Origin: Thermodesulfobacteriota bacterium
Lineage (GTDB): Bacteria > Desulfobacterota > Desulfobacteria > Desulfobacterales > C00003060
NCBI GenBank assembly: GCA_034189385.1
Contig: JAXHVD010000001.1
Coordinates: forward strand, 322,646-386,645
Direction: 5' to 3'
Length of the DNA: 64,000 nucleotides
Within the stretch, counting starts at the first letter, position 1, and every line of letters begins with the position of its first letter. The notes beneath the pieces are model-generated. The model did not search any database. It worked only from the letters and a program-made list of their open reading frames with translations, and was not told the origin of the DNA. Positions 9,192 to 19,339 of this stretch are shown here, in pieces. The position numbers and the translations under genes were made by a program.

Positions 9192-10577
9192 ATGCATCTG
9201 ACAAAGCATCCTGTCATAATGGTTTTGCTGATAGCCCTCTGGCTAGCCCCATGGCATGTGGCCGCGGCTGATAATTGTGAGGAGGCCGCCACATGGTATC
9301 ATGAAGGCTTAGCCCTGGGGGACAATTCAGAAAGGGAGGCGGCATACTACGAAAAGGCCATCGAATTATGTCCCGACTATTTTGAGGCCCACAACAGGCT
9401 TGGGGAGATCTACACGGCCTGGGGGGCCTATGAACGGGCCATTGAGGAGTTTAAAAAGGCCGGCAGAAAGCCGTCATTTGTGGAGGCCTACTACAACCTT
9501 GGTGAGGTCTATAGGATGCAGGGCAGGTATGACTTGGCGGCAGAAGCATTCGTAAAGGCCGTCAGGATAAGGCCTGATTTCCGTGAGGCCCACAACCAGC
9601 TAAAATACGTCTATAAGAGGCTGGGTAAATATGATTTTGTCATGGACACCCCTCCAGAAACGATACCAATTTCAATCTTCACAAGGATCCCGGGGATGAC
9701 CCTTCCAAAGGGGACATTTCTTCTTGATCTCCAATATAGGTTCTGGGAACAAGAGGCAGGTCTGAACGAAGACATGTTTGTGGGGGAAATGCCTCCCCTT
9801 TTTGCCGCTCCCTCGAAGAGGAGGATAGACGTGAAAACGTGGGTTTTGGGCATACGCTATGGCTTAACCCACGATCTGACCATAGGCCTGATTCCCAAGT
9901 TTTTTTCAAGAACAGCAGAGGTGCCCGTGGAATTTTGGAGCATAGACGCTGAGCCAGCTGTTACTGGATTCGGAGATACAGTGCTCCTGACCAAGTATCG
10001 GCTTTGGGGCAGAGGAAGGACCCACCTCTCTGTCTATAACCTGCTTAGCATCCCTACGGGTGATGAAGATGCAGAAGCTGACGACGACCAAATTGCCCGT
10101 AGGATACCCTTGGGTTCCGGGGGTTATGATTTTACGCCAGGAATCGCCTTTACCACCGTGAAAGAACCCTTTACCATTCATGCTGGCATATCGTATGTCT
10201 TTACGGAAAGCAGACAGGCCGGCGATGAATTTTACGCTGACCTTGCGGTGTTGCTCCCTCGCTTTCATGGATTCATCGGCATTGCGGAGCTCAATTACCG
10301 GTGGAGGGACTCAGCGAAGAGGTCACAACTTTTCCAAACACGATTTGGGTTTCAGCCAGGTCCTGGCATGTCGGATGTCGAGCCCGGACCCTGGACAGTT
10401 GAAAGCATCTTGAAAGAGCCGGGAGGCTATATCCTTTTTCTGTCGCCAGGCGTTCAGATCCCGTTAGCCAAGGGGCTTGAGGCAGAACTTGGGCTCCAAA
10501 TTCCTATCATCCGATCAGGGCATGACTGGAAAGAAGAGATTGTGTTCCACATGGGGATGAGAAAGTATTTCTTCTGA
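9192..10577 (+). CDS. TPR-repeat protein fused to an outer-membrane beta-barrel (MetA-pathway/transporter-like)
   Basis: Signal peptide, TPR motifs (AHNRLGEIY, AYYNLGEVY), barrel motifs GFGDTVLLTKYRL, IPTG, LGSGGYD, C-terminal YFF; start placed at ATG 9192. Confidence 0.75.
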   Translation: MHLTKHPVIMVLLIALWLAPWHVAAADNCEEAATWYHEGLALGDNSEREAAYYEKAIELCPDYFEAHNRLGEIYTAWGAYERAIEEFKKAGRKPSFVEAYYNLGEVYRMQGRYDLAAEAFVKAVRIRPDFREAHNQLKYVYKRLGKYDFVMDTPPETIPISIFTRIPGMTLPKGTFLLDLQYRFWEQEAGLNEDMFVGEMPPLFAAPSKRRIDVKTWVLGIRYGLTHDLTIGLIPKFFSRTAEVPVEFWSIDAEPAVTGFGDTVLLTKYRLWGRGRTHLSVYNLLSIPTGDEDAEADDDQIARRIPLGSGGYDFTPGIAFTTVKEPFTIHAGISYVFTESRQAGDEFYADLAVLLPRFHGFIGIAELNYRWRDSAKRSQLFQTRFGFQPGPGMSDVEPGPWTVESILKEPGGYILFLSPGVQIPLAKGLEAELGLQIPIIRSGHDWKEEIVFHMGMRKYFF

Positions 10578-10688
10578 TGTTCTAGATTAGGATGGGGTCC
10601 TGTGAGCTTTTGGTCCCGACGGAGTCGAGAAAGGGGAACCCCAAAAGCTCACAATGAACGTTGAACGGAATGATACAAGTCTGAGGCC

Positions 10689-11987
10689 ATGTTGCGAATG
10701 ACCTTGCGGGGTTTTAGAAAGAGATGCTGGAGATGTCTTGTCTTGTGTGCAAGTTGCATCCTCCTTTGCGGAGCGTCCCATGGCATGGCTGGGGAAAACC
10801 TGTCCGGCGGAAGAAACCAGGGGGTGGCGGTCCTTTTTGAGGATAATGCGTTCTATCAAAACAGCCTCGCCGGCATCAGGGTGAGAGGAAACATGCCCGT
10901 GACGATTCGGACGTGTAAAATCTATTCGAATGGGAGGGCGGGAATCGCTATTGACAGGCAAGCAAACGTCGCCGTGACAGATTGTGATGTGTATGAGAAT
11001 GGAAGGGGAGGTGTTAATGTCGATGAGGCCGGACAGACAACCATAGAGCAGAGCAGGATTTACCAGAACAGGATGGCCGGTGTACGGGTATGGAGGAGCG
11101 GTGGCAAGGCCAGCCATGTACTGGACGTGGTGGATGTCAAGATTGCAAACAACAGAATATACATGAACGAACAGGCAGGCATCAGATCTATGCCGCAGCT
11201 TGAAAGTAAGGTGGACCTAGTTGTCACAGGAAATGAAATCTGTCGAAATGGCAAGGCCGGGGTCAGGGTTGAGAACAATACCCGGCTGACGGCAAAGGGG
11301 AACCACATCTGTGATAATGGGGCGGTGGGCATTATCTCCCACGAGTCTGTTATACCCCCACTGCTGGACATTTATCAGAATAGACTTAGCTTCAACAAAG
11401 GCCCGGGGCTCCATATCCTTAACGGTAAAACCGGCCACATCGGGATTCGGAACAACTGGGTCTACCATAACTTGCGTTCCGGCGTTGTTTGTGCCCTTTG
11501 GGGCGATCCTGATGTCGAGCAGTTAAACGTTGAGATTGTAAACAATACGGTGGTGGCCAATGGGAGCAGCGATCAGGGGGCTGGCATCAGAAATGACAGC
11601 AAGGGCAGGGCCCTCATCATGAACAACATTGTGGCCTACAATTATGTCTCTGGCATCAGGACTAAGGAATGCAAAGACGACTCCTATAATCTGCTCTTTG
11701 CCAATGGTGACGTAGCCAATTGTTGCGACGATCCCCATTCCGCGCCCTATTGGGTCGAGAGAGTCCAGATTGGGGGTTGTCCTGAACGAGGGATCGGAGA
11801 CCTCATTACTGATCCATTTTTTGTGGACCCGGACAACTACGACTTCCGCCTTAAGGACACTTCGCCTGCCATAGATGCTGGAAACGCCATGGATGCTCAC
11901 CACGACGTCTTCTTTCCTCCATCAAAGGGCACGAGGAGAAATGATATGGGGGCCACTGGTGGACCCTATGCCGTAGGGCAGGGCTGA
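10689..11987 (+). CDS. Secreted right-handed parallel beta-helix repeat protein
   Basis: Recurring NxIYxNxxAGIxV turns; C-terminal DPFFVD..DFRL..SPAIDAG...NDMGATGGP. Confidence 0.85.
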   Translation: MLRMTLRGFRKRCWRCLVLCASCILLCGASHGMAGENLSGGRNQGVAVLFEDNAFYQNSLAGIRVRGNMPVTIRTCKIYSNGRAGIAIDRQANVAVTDCDVYENGRGGVNVDEAGQTTIEQSRIYQNRMAGVRVWRSGGKASHVLDVVDVKIANNRIYMNEQAGIRSMPQLESKVDLVVTGNEICRNGKAGVRVENNTRLTAKGNHICDNGAVGIISHESVIPPLLDIYQNRLSFNKGPGLHILNGKTGHIGIRNNWVYHNLRSGVVCALWGDPDVEQLNVEIVNNTVVANGSSDQGAGIRNDSKGRALIMNNIVAYNYVSGIRTKECKDDSYNLLFANGDVANCCDDPHSAPYWVERVQIGGCPERGIGDLITDPFFVDPDNYDFRLKDTSPAIDAGNAMDAHHDVFFPPSKGTRRNDMGATGGPYAVGQG

Positions 11988-12083
11988 AACCGGCGGGTCA
12001 GGATGATAGCAAGCCTAAGGTTGACGGCTTAACGCTCAGTGATTAGGTTATAAGTCAAGTTAGCGCCTCGCGGCTTGAAAAGA

Positions 12084-12318
12084 GGCGAACCCCTCGTTTC
12101 CACTAATAGTAGGTGTGTCAAGACTTGTACCTCCTGGATTTGGCAACAGAGGGAAGGGGAAATTCGCTGAACGGAGGCCTACAGCCATTGCCACCCACAA
12201 TCTTTTCATAGCTACTAAAGGCATTGGAGGCCGAAGAGAAGCGGATTTCTTCATCCCGAGGTTTCAATTGCAGAGAAAAGACCCAGACCAGAGCCCTGCC
12301 GCTTCCTAGAAGCCATGG
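12084..12318 (-). repeat. Dispersed non-coding repeat, copy A (homologous to 31856..32252)
   Basis: Shared blocks CATGGCTTCTAGGAAGCGGCAGG, GCTTCTCTTCGGCCTCCAATGCCTTTAGTAGCT, TGTTGCCAAATCC, ACCTACTATT. Confidence 0.8.
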
Positions 12319-12462
12319 CACGGTTTAGCTTCTATTTCATACGGTTGATAAGGGTACAAAACTTGAGAAAATAGATAGACGACAACATACGATGCCGAAG
12401 TTGGCCCGGCATCTCGCCTGATGTCGCGGAAGGAGAAAGACAGGTTTTGGCCACGTGCTGTG

Positions 12463-12478
12463 TGGTGAGGCCCTTGCA
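12463..12478 (+). promoter_or_regulatory. Putative sigma-54 promoter of the dodecaheme cytochrome operon
   Basis: TGGTGAGGCCCTTGCA (GG-N10-GC) about 55 bp before the ATG. Confidence 0.5.
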
Positions 12479-12532
12479 TAAGTATTTCGAACGTTCAGTT
12501 TGGGCTCTTAATAACGATCCGGCTGCGGTGCC

Positions 12533-13441
12533 ATGTGCGTGAGACCTTCCAGACAGACGTCCCGCCCTTTTATCTCCCGGCTTTCATCTTCTCTTGGGCG
12601 GCATTTCCTCTGGATCGTATCCCTAAGCCTTACCGGATTGGGGCTGCCTCATGTTGTCTCTTTCGCAAGAGCCCCTCTTGAGCCTGCCGTTGTCCAGGAT
12701 ATGGCTGATCCATATGCTGCTCCAGTTCCATCCTTAAGCCCGCAAGAGTGTGGGCGATGTCACACCGAATTCTATTACCTCTTGAAGAAAAATGGCGGCA
12801 AGCACCGAATAGACTGCAGGCGATGCCATGTCCAATTTCACCTCTACCGACCGGGAAAGGTACCGTATGAAGCCATTTTACCCAAATGTGAAACATGTCA
12901 CGACTTGGTCCATGGAAAAGACTTGGCACAGTGTTCCGGGTGCCACAGTGAGGTCCACGCGCCATTGGAAATTCCCGGGCGGGGCCCCTTGGAGCAAGGG
13001 TGTGCTGTCTGCCATCCTGAAGTAGACAGGGAGATCAAGACATATATCACACATCACACGGAGTTCTATTGCTCTGCCTGTCATCATACGAGGCACAGAT
13101 ACGTTCCTGAATGCATGGAATGCCATCAGCCCCATTCCAAGGAGATGACCCATGCGGACTGCCTGACCTGCCACCCCGCCCATAAGGCCCTCGAAGTGGT
13201 CTATCCAGATGATATCCCTCAGGAGTCATGCATTGTCTGTCACCGAAATGCTTATGAAGTACTTGTGAGGAGTGGTACAAAGCACGGAGCTCTTGCCTGT
13301 ACCGAGTGCCACCCAAAGAAACATCGAGCCATCTTGAGATGCCGGCAATGTCATGGGGAACCCCACGGGCCCGGGATGCTCGAAAAATTCAGGGTTTGCG
13401 GACAGTGCCACGGAATAGCCCATAGTCTATGTCAGGGATGA
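12533..13441 (+). CDS. Dodecaheme cytochrome c
   Basis: 12 CxxCH motifs arranged as four triheme repeats with spaced distal His; N-terminal hydrophobic segment. Confidence 0.92.
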   Translation: MCVRPSRQTSRPFISRLSSSLGRHFLWIVSLSLTGLGLPHVVSFARAPLEPAVVQDMADPYAAPVPSLSPQECGRCHTEFYYLLKKNGGKHRIDCRRCHVQFHLYRPGKVPYEAILPKCETCHDLVHGKDLAQCSGCHSEVHAPLEIPGRGPLEQGCAVCHPEVDREIKTYITHHTEFYCSACHHTRHRYVPECMECHQPHSKEMTHADCLTCHPAHKALEVVYPDDIPQESCIVCHRNAYEVLVRSGTKHGALACTECHPKKHRAILRCRQCHGEPHGPGMLEKFRVCGQCHGIAHSLCQG

Positions 13442-16263
13442 CCACTAAAGAGAAGACCTGCATCACCTTGTTTGTAACCCTTATGGTGTGCATCACCTTT
13501 TCTCCACCGACCCATGGGGGCCAAATATGTAAGGTCATTGCCCCCAAACGCCTAGCCAAGCTGCATTACTTTCCGGTGAACGTCGTCGTCCAATTGAGCC
13601 AGGAAGCAAAACCAGAGACCTTCACGGCGTCGCTAAATGGAAAGGACATGACAGGCAAGTTTTCAGAAATGGAAAAGGGCTTGAGTGCCCTTGTGGGGCC
13701 AGAGGATGGGTTAAAAATCGATGTGAGAACAGGAGCCCATCGTAAGATCAACTTATTGAAAATCGGGGTCAAGGCAATAGAACCAGGACAAGACGTGAGC
13801 ATTGAGACCTTCTTTTTTGTTGAAATAGACAGACTGATGACCGTGGGGCCTGAAGGTGGCATCATTGAAAGCCTAGACGGAAATGTTTGCATAGACATTC
13901 CCAAGGGCACGCTCTCTTCTTCCGCAATCATAGGGGTTGCCAAAGTCCCTGGTTTGGCCCAGGTTGGAGAGGCTTATCAACTGCTACCAGTGGGGGCTAG
14001 TTTCAACGAGCCTCTTACCGTTACTATGACATACACTCCCGCCGCTTTGCCTCGAGGTGTAACAGAAGAAGACCTGTTCCTCATTCAAGGGGAGGCATTC
14101 CCAAGGAAACTGGAGAACATCAGGGTAGACAAGACGGCCCACACGGTAAGTGGGACCACTATGTCTTTTGCCAAGGTAACTCTTTCCCATTACATTGGAA
14201 TAGGGAAAACATTGGAGGACATTCCCCGTGCCAAGGATTTTAGACTTCCCATAGGAGATGATTCTGATGCACCCTATTCCTGTGGGCATGATTACCAGGC
14301 GCCCTCTAAAAAAGACCTTGGAGAGACTTTGAGCCTGTTGCATCGCTCATCGTATCCCAATCTTGATTATCCTAAGATCACATTCAATAGAGACGGAGCG
14401 GCGAACCAGTGGCAGGTTACGACAGCCTATGGCCGGACTAGGTCTGTCAACTCTCCATCGGGACCTACGAGGGACGCCAAGTCTCTTTATATGCAAGATG
14501 GGAAGATATTCAACAACGGTGAAGAGTGGATTGTCGGCGAGAGCAAAGATAGGAGTGAAAGGCTTTCTGTGCACGCCATGGCAGACGGCCTTGTCATGTT
14601 TAGTGGCCAGGGTTACGGAACCGCCATTGCCCTGGCACACCGGATACCTGCCGGTCCTATTTTGTCAATATACTCTCACCGGGGTGACAAGTCCCCCTGT
14701 GCTGTGGGAACCATGGTGCGCAGGGGTAACGTCATAGGAAAAGCGCCCGGTATTGGAACCCCGAGATCCTTTCTTCACTTTGCAATTGCAAAGGGATCGA
14801 TCATTGAGGTGGATTCTGAAACCGGGGAGCTCAAGGTCCCAGCTACCTGGTACGTGGACTGGCAAGAGGATTCAGTATATGAGAAATACTATGACCCCAC
14901 GAATTTTTTGCTCAACATAACGGGAAAATATCAATGGGGTTTTGATGTTGACGGCAACATGGATGGCTGGATCGTGGAAAGCTCTGAAAACGACAATGGA
15001 AGATATCCCACACAGGTAAAAGACGGACTGCTTTCTCTTAGATCAAGAGTAAGCAGTTTTCAGTTAGAGAGTTATCCGCTGAAGATAGAGGCTGAGCGTT
15101 TTGACTCCATTTTCATAAGGATGAGAAGTGACGCTTCTTCCGGGCACGGGGTGGTTTATTTTGCAACGGATGAAGAGTCTGAGTGGTCGGAAAAGAGAGC
15201 AGTGACTTTAGGGATAGTCCACGATGGCGAGTTTCACCAATACAGAGCTTTCATGGGAGATAATCCCCGGTGGAAAGGAGAGATTGCGGGAATTCGCTTG
15301 GTTTTTCTGGATATGCCCATTGGGGAAACAACAGAGACGGATTTCGATTACATCAGATTGGGAAGGGCCTATTTGTCGCGAACACCGGATACAGGACAGG
15401 CCAAGTGTTATGATGATATACAAGAGACCACGTGCCCTGCACCGCATGCGCCTTTCTACGGACAGGACGCTCATTACACCGTCAACGCACCAAGCTACGA
15501 GATCAAGCGTGTTGATGAGCATGAGGTCGTGATAGATCATGTCACAGGTCTCACATGGCAACGGCACGACGACGGCATGAAGCGGACTTGGCGACAAGCT
15601 GTAGACTACTGCGAGAATCTCTCCCTGGGTGGATATGCCGACTGGCGGCTTCCTACGAAGAAGGAATTGCAGAGTCTACTAAACTATCGCTTTTTCCGTC
15701 CGGCTTTGGACACAGCCTATTTTGCTTACTCTCACATGCCTGATGATTGTTACTGGTCAGCGACTACCCGGGTTTTTCTCTCGGTCTCTGCCTGGAAGCT
15801 CTCTTTCTGGGAAGGTCAGGCCGCCATCAGTGGTGAGAACGATCTCAACTATGTTCGGGCAGTACGTGGCAGAGCGTTAGAATTTGGCCACTTTGTCGAC
15901 AATGGAGATGGCACCGTGACTGATACGAGCAGTGGCCTTATGTGGCAGCAAACGGAGACAAAGGCCATGAGATGGAAAAAGGCATTGGCCTACTGTGAAG
16001 ACACTGAGCTTGGAGGATACCAAGATTGGAGACTGCCGAATATCCGAGAACTATTGAGCCTGGTGGATGAAAACGTTGACGCACCCGCTATCAACGCAGG
16101 GTTCTTTCCTGGCTGTCGGCCCCGTACCTACTGGTCAAGCACCACCCATACAGGGTTTCCAGGCTATGCCTGGGGTGTGCCTTTTGAGGGCGGGGCTCAG
16201 TCCCTTCGAGCGTCCCAGAAAGGACGCGCCAACTATGTGCGTGCTGTGAGGGGTGGGAATTGA
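13429..16263 (+). CDS. Secreted mosaic protein: ZU5-like + degenerate M23-like + CBM-like + two DUF1566 (Lcl) domains
   Basis: GPEGGII..IDIPKG (ZU5-like); VHAMADG..YSH..V.RG.VIG..LHF (M23 fold); two DxxxGLxWQ...WRLP..EL.SL...YWS.T...YVRAVRG repeats. Confidence 0.85.
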   Translation: MSGMTTKEKTCITLFVTLMVCITFSPPTHGGQICKVIAPKRLAKLHYFPVNVVVQLSQEAKPETFTASLNGKDMTGKFSEMEKGLSALVGPEDGLKIDVRTGAHRKINLLKIGVKAIEPGQDVSIETFFFVEIDRLMTVGPEGGIIESLDGNVCIDIPKGTLSSSAIIGVAKVPGLAQVGEAYQLLPVGASFNEPLTVTMTYTPAALPRGVTEEDLFLIQGEAFPRKLENIRVDKTAHTVSGTTMSFAKVTLSHYIGIGKTLEDIPRAKDFRLPIGDDSDAPYSCGHDYQAPSKKDLGETLSLLHRSSYPNLDYPKITFNRDGAANQWQVTTAYGRTRSVNSPSGPTRDAKSLYMQDGKIFNNGEEWIVGESKDRSERLSVHAMADGLVMFSGQGYGTAIALAHRIPAGPILSIYSHRGDKSPCAVGTMVRRGNVIGKAPGIGTPRSFLHFAIAKGSIIEVDSETGELKVPATWYVDWQEDSVYEKYYDPTNFLLNITGKYQWGFDVDGNMDGWIVESSENDNGRYPTQVKDGLLSLRSRVSSFQLESYPLKIEAERFDSIFIRMRSDASSGHGVVYFATDEESEWSEKRAVTLGIVHDGEFHQYRAFMGDNPRWKGEIAGIRLVFLDMPIGETTETDFDYIRLGRAYLSRTPDTGQAKCYDDIQETTCPAPHAPFYGQDAHYTVNAPSYEIKRVDEHEVVIDHVTGLTWQRHDDGMKRTWRQAVDYCENLSLGGYADWRLPTKKELQSLLNYRFFRPALDTAYFAYSHMPDDCYWSATTRVFLSVSAWKLSFWEGQAAISGENDLNYVRAVRGRALEFGHFVDNGDGTVTDTSSGLMWQQTETKAMRWKKALAYCEDTELGGYQDWRLPNIRELLSLVDENVDAPAINAGFFPGCRPRTYWSSTTHTGFPGYAWGVPFEGGAQSLRASQKGRANYVRAVRGGN

Positions 16264-16296
16264 CATAGGTCTTTCACCCCTGCTTGTTAAAGACGG

Positions 16297-19200
16297 CTAT
16301 TCAGGATAGTGATATCCTAAATCTACTATTCCAGCATCGCCCACCCTATCTGTCCTGGTGGTCTTGACATCCAGACCAAGTTCTGCAGCCGTTTTACTCC
16401 CTGCGTTTACACAGGGACTATTGGCATCTTGCCCGGCAGCCCGCTGGCTCAGAAAATAGTCGCCATTCTTTTCCGATGCAACAGCGGCAAACAAGGGATC
16501 TTTAGAAAAATCTTTGTCTCCAGCGACACAGCCGGCATATTCCTTGTCATTATTCCAAACGTTGTTGTGGTCGATGATCATGGTCGCTCCGGGTGCTGGG
16601 AATAACTCCGTCCCAGTATAGTTGGCAATTCCCGCCACCTTGTTGTTGGTAACAATGTTATCTTCCACGATGGCATCAAAATCCCCAGAGTAAGGCCAGC
16701 CAAAGATCAACCCTCCGCCTCTATCCTGCTTATCGTCGCGGTGATTGTTCGAGTCAATAGTATTGTTTGAGATGATGATCTTGCTAAGATTAAAGGACGT
16801 GACGCTGATCCCACCTTGGTGGTTGTTAATGATGAGATTGTTGTTGATGATGATGTCCTCTCCAGCAAACCTTCGTATGGTAGCCATGGGGCTGATCACA
16901 ATGCCAAAAACGTTGTCAAAGATGTGGTTCCCGTCAACACGTGGAGAAGCCACTTCCCGTGCCCCGATTCCGATTCTATTTCCGTAGATATAGTTTTCCT
17001 TGATTCGAGGTGCTGCAAGTCCCCTGCAACCTACACCAACGACGCGGTTGTTGTAAATATGGTTATTGAAGATATGGGCCGTGCTCCCCCTTCCGTTGCC
17101 AATGCCTATCATGTTCTCGTAGATCTCATTATTGTATATCTTTGTCTTGCCGCTCAGTATTTCCCTGCCATGGACCCCTATGGCATTGTGGTGATTGCGA
17201 GTAATCTTGTTGTTTGAAATAGTAGGCGAAGAATCCCATGCATTGATGCCGTGCCCCATGGGTCCCTTCCCGCCTCCTGTGATGATAAACCCTTCTATTT
17301 TACCGGCCCTATCACCAAGGTAGGGCACCATAATGGTGTTTACGTTTCCTTCTTGGCTTCCTCCGTCTATGGTGGGCCATCCTATGCCTATCAAGTTCAC
17401 ATTCTTGTCCATCACGATGGTTTCTTGGTAAATGCCTTTCTGGACCAGGATGTCGTCGCCTGGGTTCGCAGCATCCACTGCCGATTGCATGGTAGGATAC
17501 TCCTCTGGGACCCGTCTTTTGCCGTCAACTGCGTTGTGTTTCGTGCTGACATAAGCGGTGTCAGGACTGCTGTCTGTCTTCCCGTCACTTACGACCAGCT
17601 TCAACTCGTAGCAGCCCAATGCATCTACCGAAAGCGTGGGGCTCACGGCATTGGGATCTGAGAGGGCGGCCTGGCTTCCAGAAGGCCTAAAAGTGAGTTG
17701 CCACTTGTAACTGAGAGCATCACCGTCGGGGTCCTTACTGCCGCCTCCAAAGAGGGTCACCACATCACCCACATAGACGTTAGATATGAATTCTCCAGCA
17801 TTGGCTGTCGGGGGGTGATTGCCCAGAGTACCAATTCTGACGGTGTGGGGATCACCGGATGCGCCCCACCTGTCTTTTACTGTGAGTTGCACGACGTAGT
17901 CGCCCTGGACATCCACTGTAAAGGCTGGGTTCGCCGTTTTAGGATCAGAAAGCTTCGCCTGGCTTGTTAGCGGTCGGGAGATGAACGCCCATCGATAGGA
18001 TATGGCATCTCCATTGGGATCTGCGCTATGGCTGCCATCGAGGATGACGTTATCGCCTACATATACGCTTTGTGCCGGACCGGCGTGGGCTTGGGGAGGA
18101 TCATTCGGCCCTTTTTCTTCAGGCATGGCAAACGGTCCGCCATAGGCCCCCATATCATTTACTGACGAGCCTAAAGAAGCAGGGAAGTGCACATCGTCAA
18201 ACTCTGGACTGGGATCTCCCCTATCAATGGCCGGGGAGGCCGGTCGCAAATGATAGTCATGATGTGTCGCATCCACATACAGTGGATCGGCAATGATGTC
18301 GTTGTGTTTTAAGAAGCTCTTCTCGTCTTCAAACCCCCCATATTGGCGCCGAATGCACCAAAGGTAATGGGGGGCACAGTTGCCCGTTCTGTTATTAGAA
18401 AAGAGCAAGTTATAGGAATATCCCTCTCCGGAAGCCCGGATTCCAGCATCCTCATTATGGGTAATGATATTATTCTTTATGTCAGGCACAGCAGAGGGAT
18501 CCTCCACCACAATGCCCGACCGACCATTGGCCACCACCGTATTGTTGATCACGTCAAGGGGCGTAATGACGCACCTGATGCCGGCCGACTTGTTCTCATA
18601 GAGAATGTTGTTGGATATGGTCCCTGTGGCCGCCTTGGCCTCAATACCCGCTAGGGAGTTGTTGTGTATGATGTTGTTTAGGACCTCAAATGTAGAGGTC
18701 ACCATTCCCCCAGTGGCAATTCCGGCCATTCCATTTTCCCTGATGGTATTGCCTTTGATCTTCAGTGAGCACCCGTTTTCCAGGTAGATCCCCGCCTCTT
18801 CATTCTTTCTGATGAGATTATGGGCTATGATGGCAGAACTGCCGCCACAGTAGATGCCTGCAGGGGCATTTGCCTCTATGATATTGTTCCTTATGGTAGG
18901 AGACGTTGACTTGCAGTACACGCCTGCGCCTGAGCTAACTGTGGCCCCCGCGCCTTCAACGCGGGTGCCATTTACGATGGTAAAGCCGTCCAATGTGGCA
19001 TCGTCAGCGCCATATACGACCCATCCGCCCTTTTTTCTCCCATCTATGGTCGATATATATATGGATGTGTCTCGTTGCGAAAAATTGTCATTCCAACCCC
19101 CTTCTAACGTCACGCCCTTCTTCAACGTGATGTTCTCATAATACGTTCCCTGAGAGACCTGGACCGTGTCCCCCTTTGCCGCCGCATCCAAGGCTTCCTG

Positions 19201-19332
19201 AATGGTCCCATAGCCTTCTGGGACACGGATAGTGGCGGCCCAACACCGTTTTTCAAGGCCCAGTCCAGCTATCCATACTAAAACACCTGCCATGATGACT
19301 GAAGGCAGATAACATTTTCTCACGGTTTTCAT
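16297..19332 (-). CDS. Beta-helix / two PKD-like / beta-helix secreted protein
   Basis: Two VPExYxTxQ.A.DAA..GD beta-helix modules flanking two AxAG..V.L.G..S.DPxGD..SY.W PKD-like domains; start placed at ATG 19332 with RBS GGAGG. Confidence 0.85.
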   Translation of the reverse strand: MKTVRKCYLPSVIMAGVLVWIAGLGLEKRCWAATIRVPEGYGTIQEALDAAAKGDTVQVSQGTYYENITLKKGVTLEGGWNDNFSQRDTSIYISTIDGRKKGGWVVYGADDATLDGFTIVNGTRVEGAGATVSSGAGVYCKSTSPTIRNNIIEANAPAGIYCGGSSAIIAHNLIRKNEEAGIYLENGCSLKIKGNTIRENGMAGIATGGMVTSTFEVLNNIIHNNSLAGIEAKAATGTISNNILYENKSAGIRCVITPLDVINNTVVANGRSGIVVEDPSAVPDIKNNIITHNEDAGIRASGEGYSYNLLFSNNRTGNCAPHYLWCIRRQYGGFEDEKSFLKHNDIIADPLYVDATHHDYHLRPASPAIDRGDPSPEFDDVHFPASLGSSVNDMGAYGGPFAMPEEKGPNDPPQAHAGPAQSVYVGDNVILDGSHSADPNGDAISYRWAFISRPLTSQAKLSDPKTANPAFTVDVQGDYVVQLTVKDRWGASGDPHTVRIGTLGNHPPTANAGEFISNVYVGDVVTLFGGGSKDPDGDALSYKWQLTFRPSGSQAALSDPNAVSPTLSVDALGCYELKLVVSDGKTDSSPDTAYVSTKHNAVDGKRRVPEEYPTMQSAVDAANPGDDILVQKGIYQETIVMDKNVNLIGIGWPTIDGGSQEGNVNTIMVPYLGDRAGKIEGFIITGGGKGPMGHGINAWDSSPTISNNKITRNHHNAIGVHGREILSGKTKIYNNEIYENMIGIGNGRGSTAHIFNNHIYNNRVVGVGCRGLAAPRIKENYIYGNRIGIGAREVASPRVDGNHIFDNVFGIVISPMATIRRFAGEDIIINNNLIINNHQGGISVTSFNLSKIIISNNTIDSNNHRDDKQDRGGGLIFGWPYSGDFDAIVEDNIVTNNKVAGIANYTGTELFPAPGATMIIDHNNVWNNDKEYAGCVAGDKDFSKDPLFAAVASEKNGDYFLSQRAAGQDANSPCVNAGSKTAAELGLDVKTTRTDRVGDAGIVDLGYHYPE

Positions 19333-19339
19333 TACGCTT

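Noticed and set aside
15500..16263. DUF1566 domains as diversity-generating retroelement targets
   Set aside because: No reverse transcriptase and no template repeat differing only at adenines in the window; the two domains differ at all base types. A remote DGR cannot be excluded.
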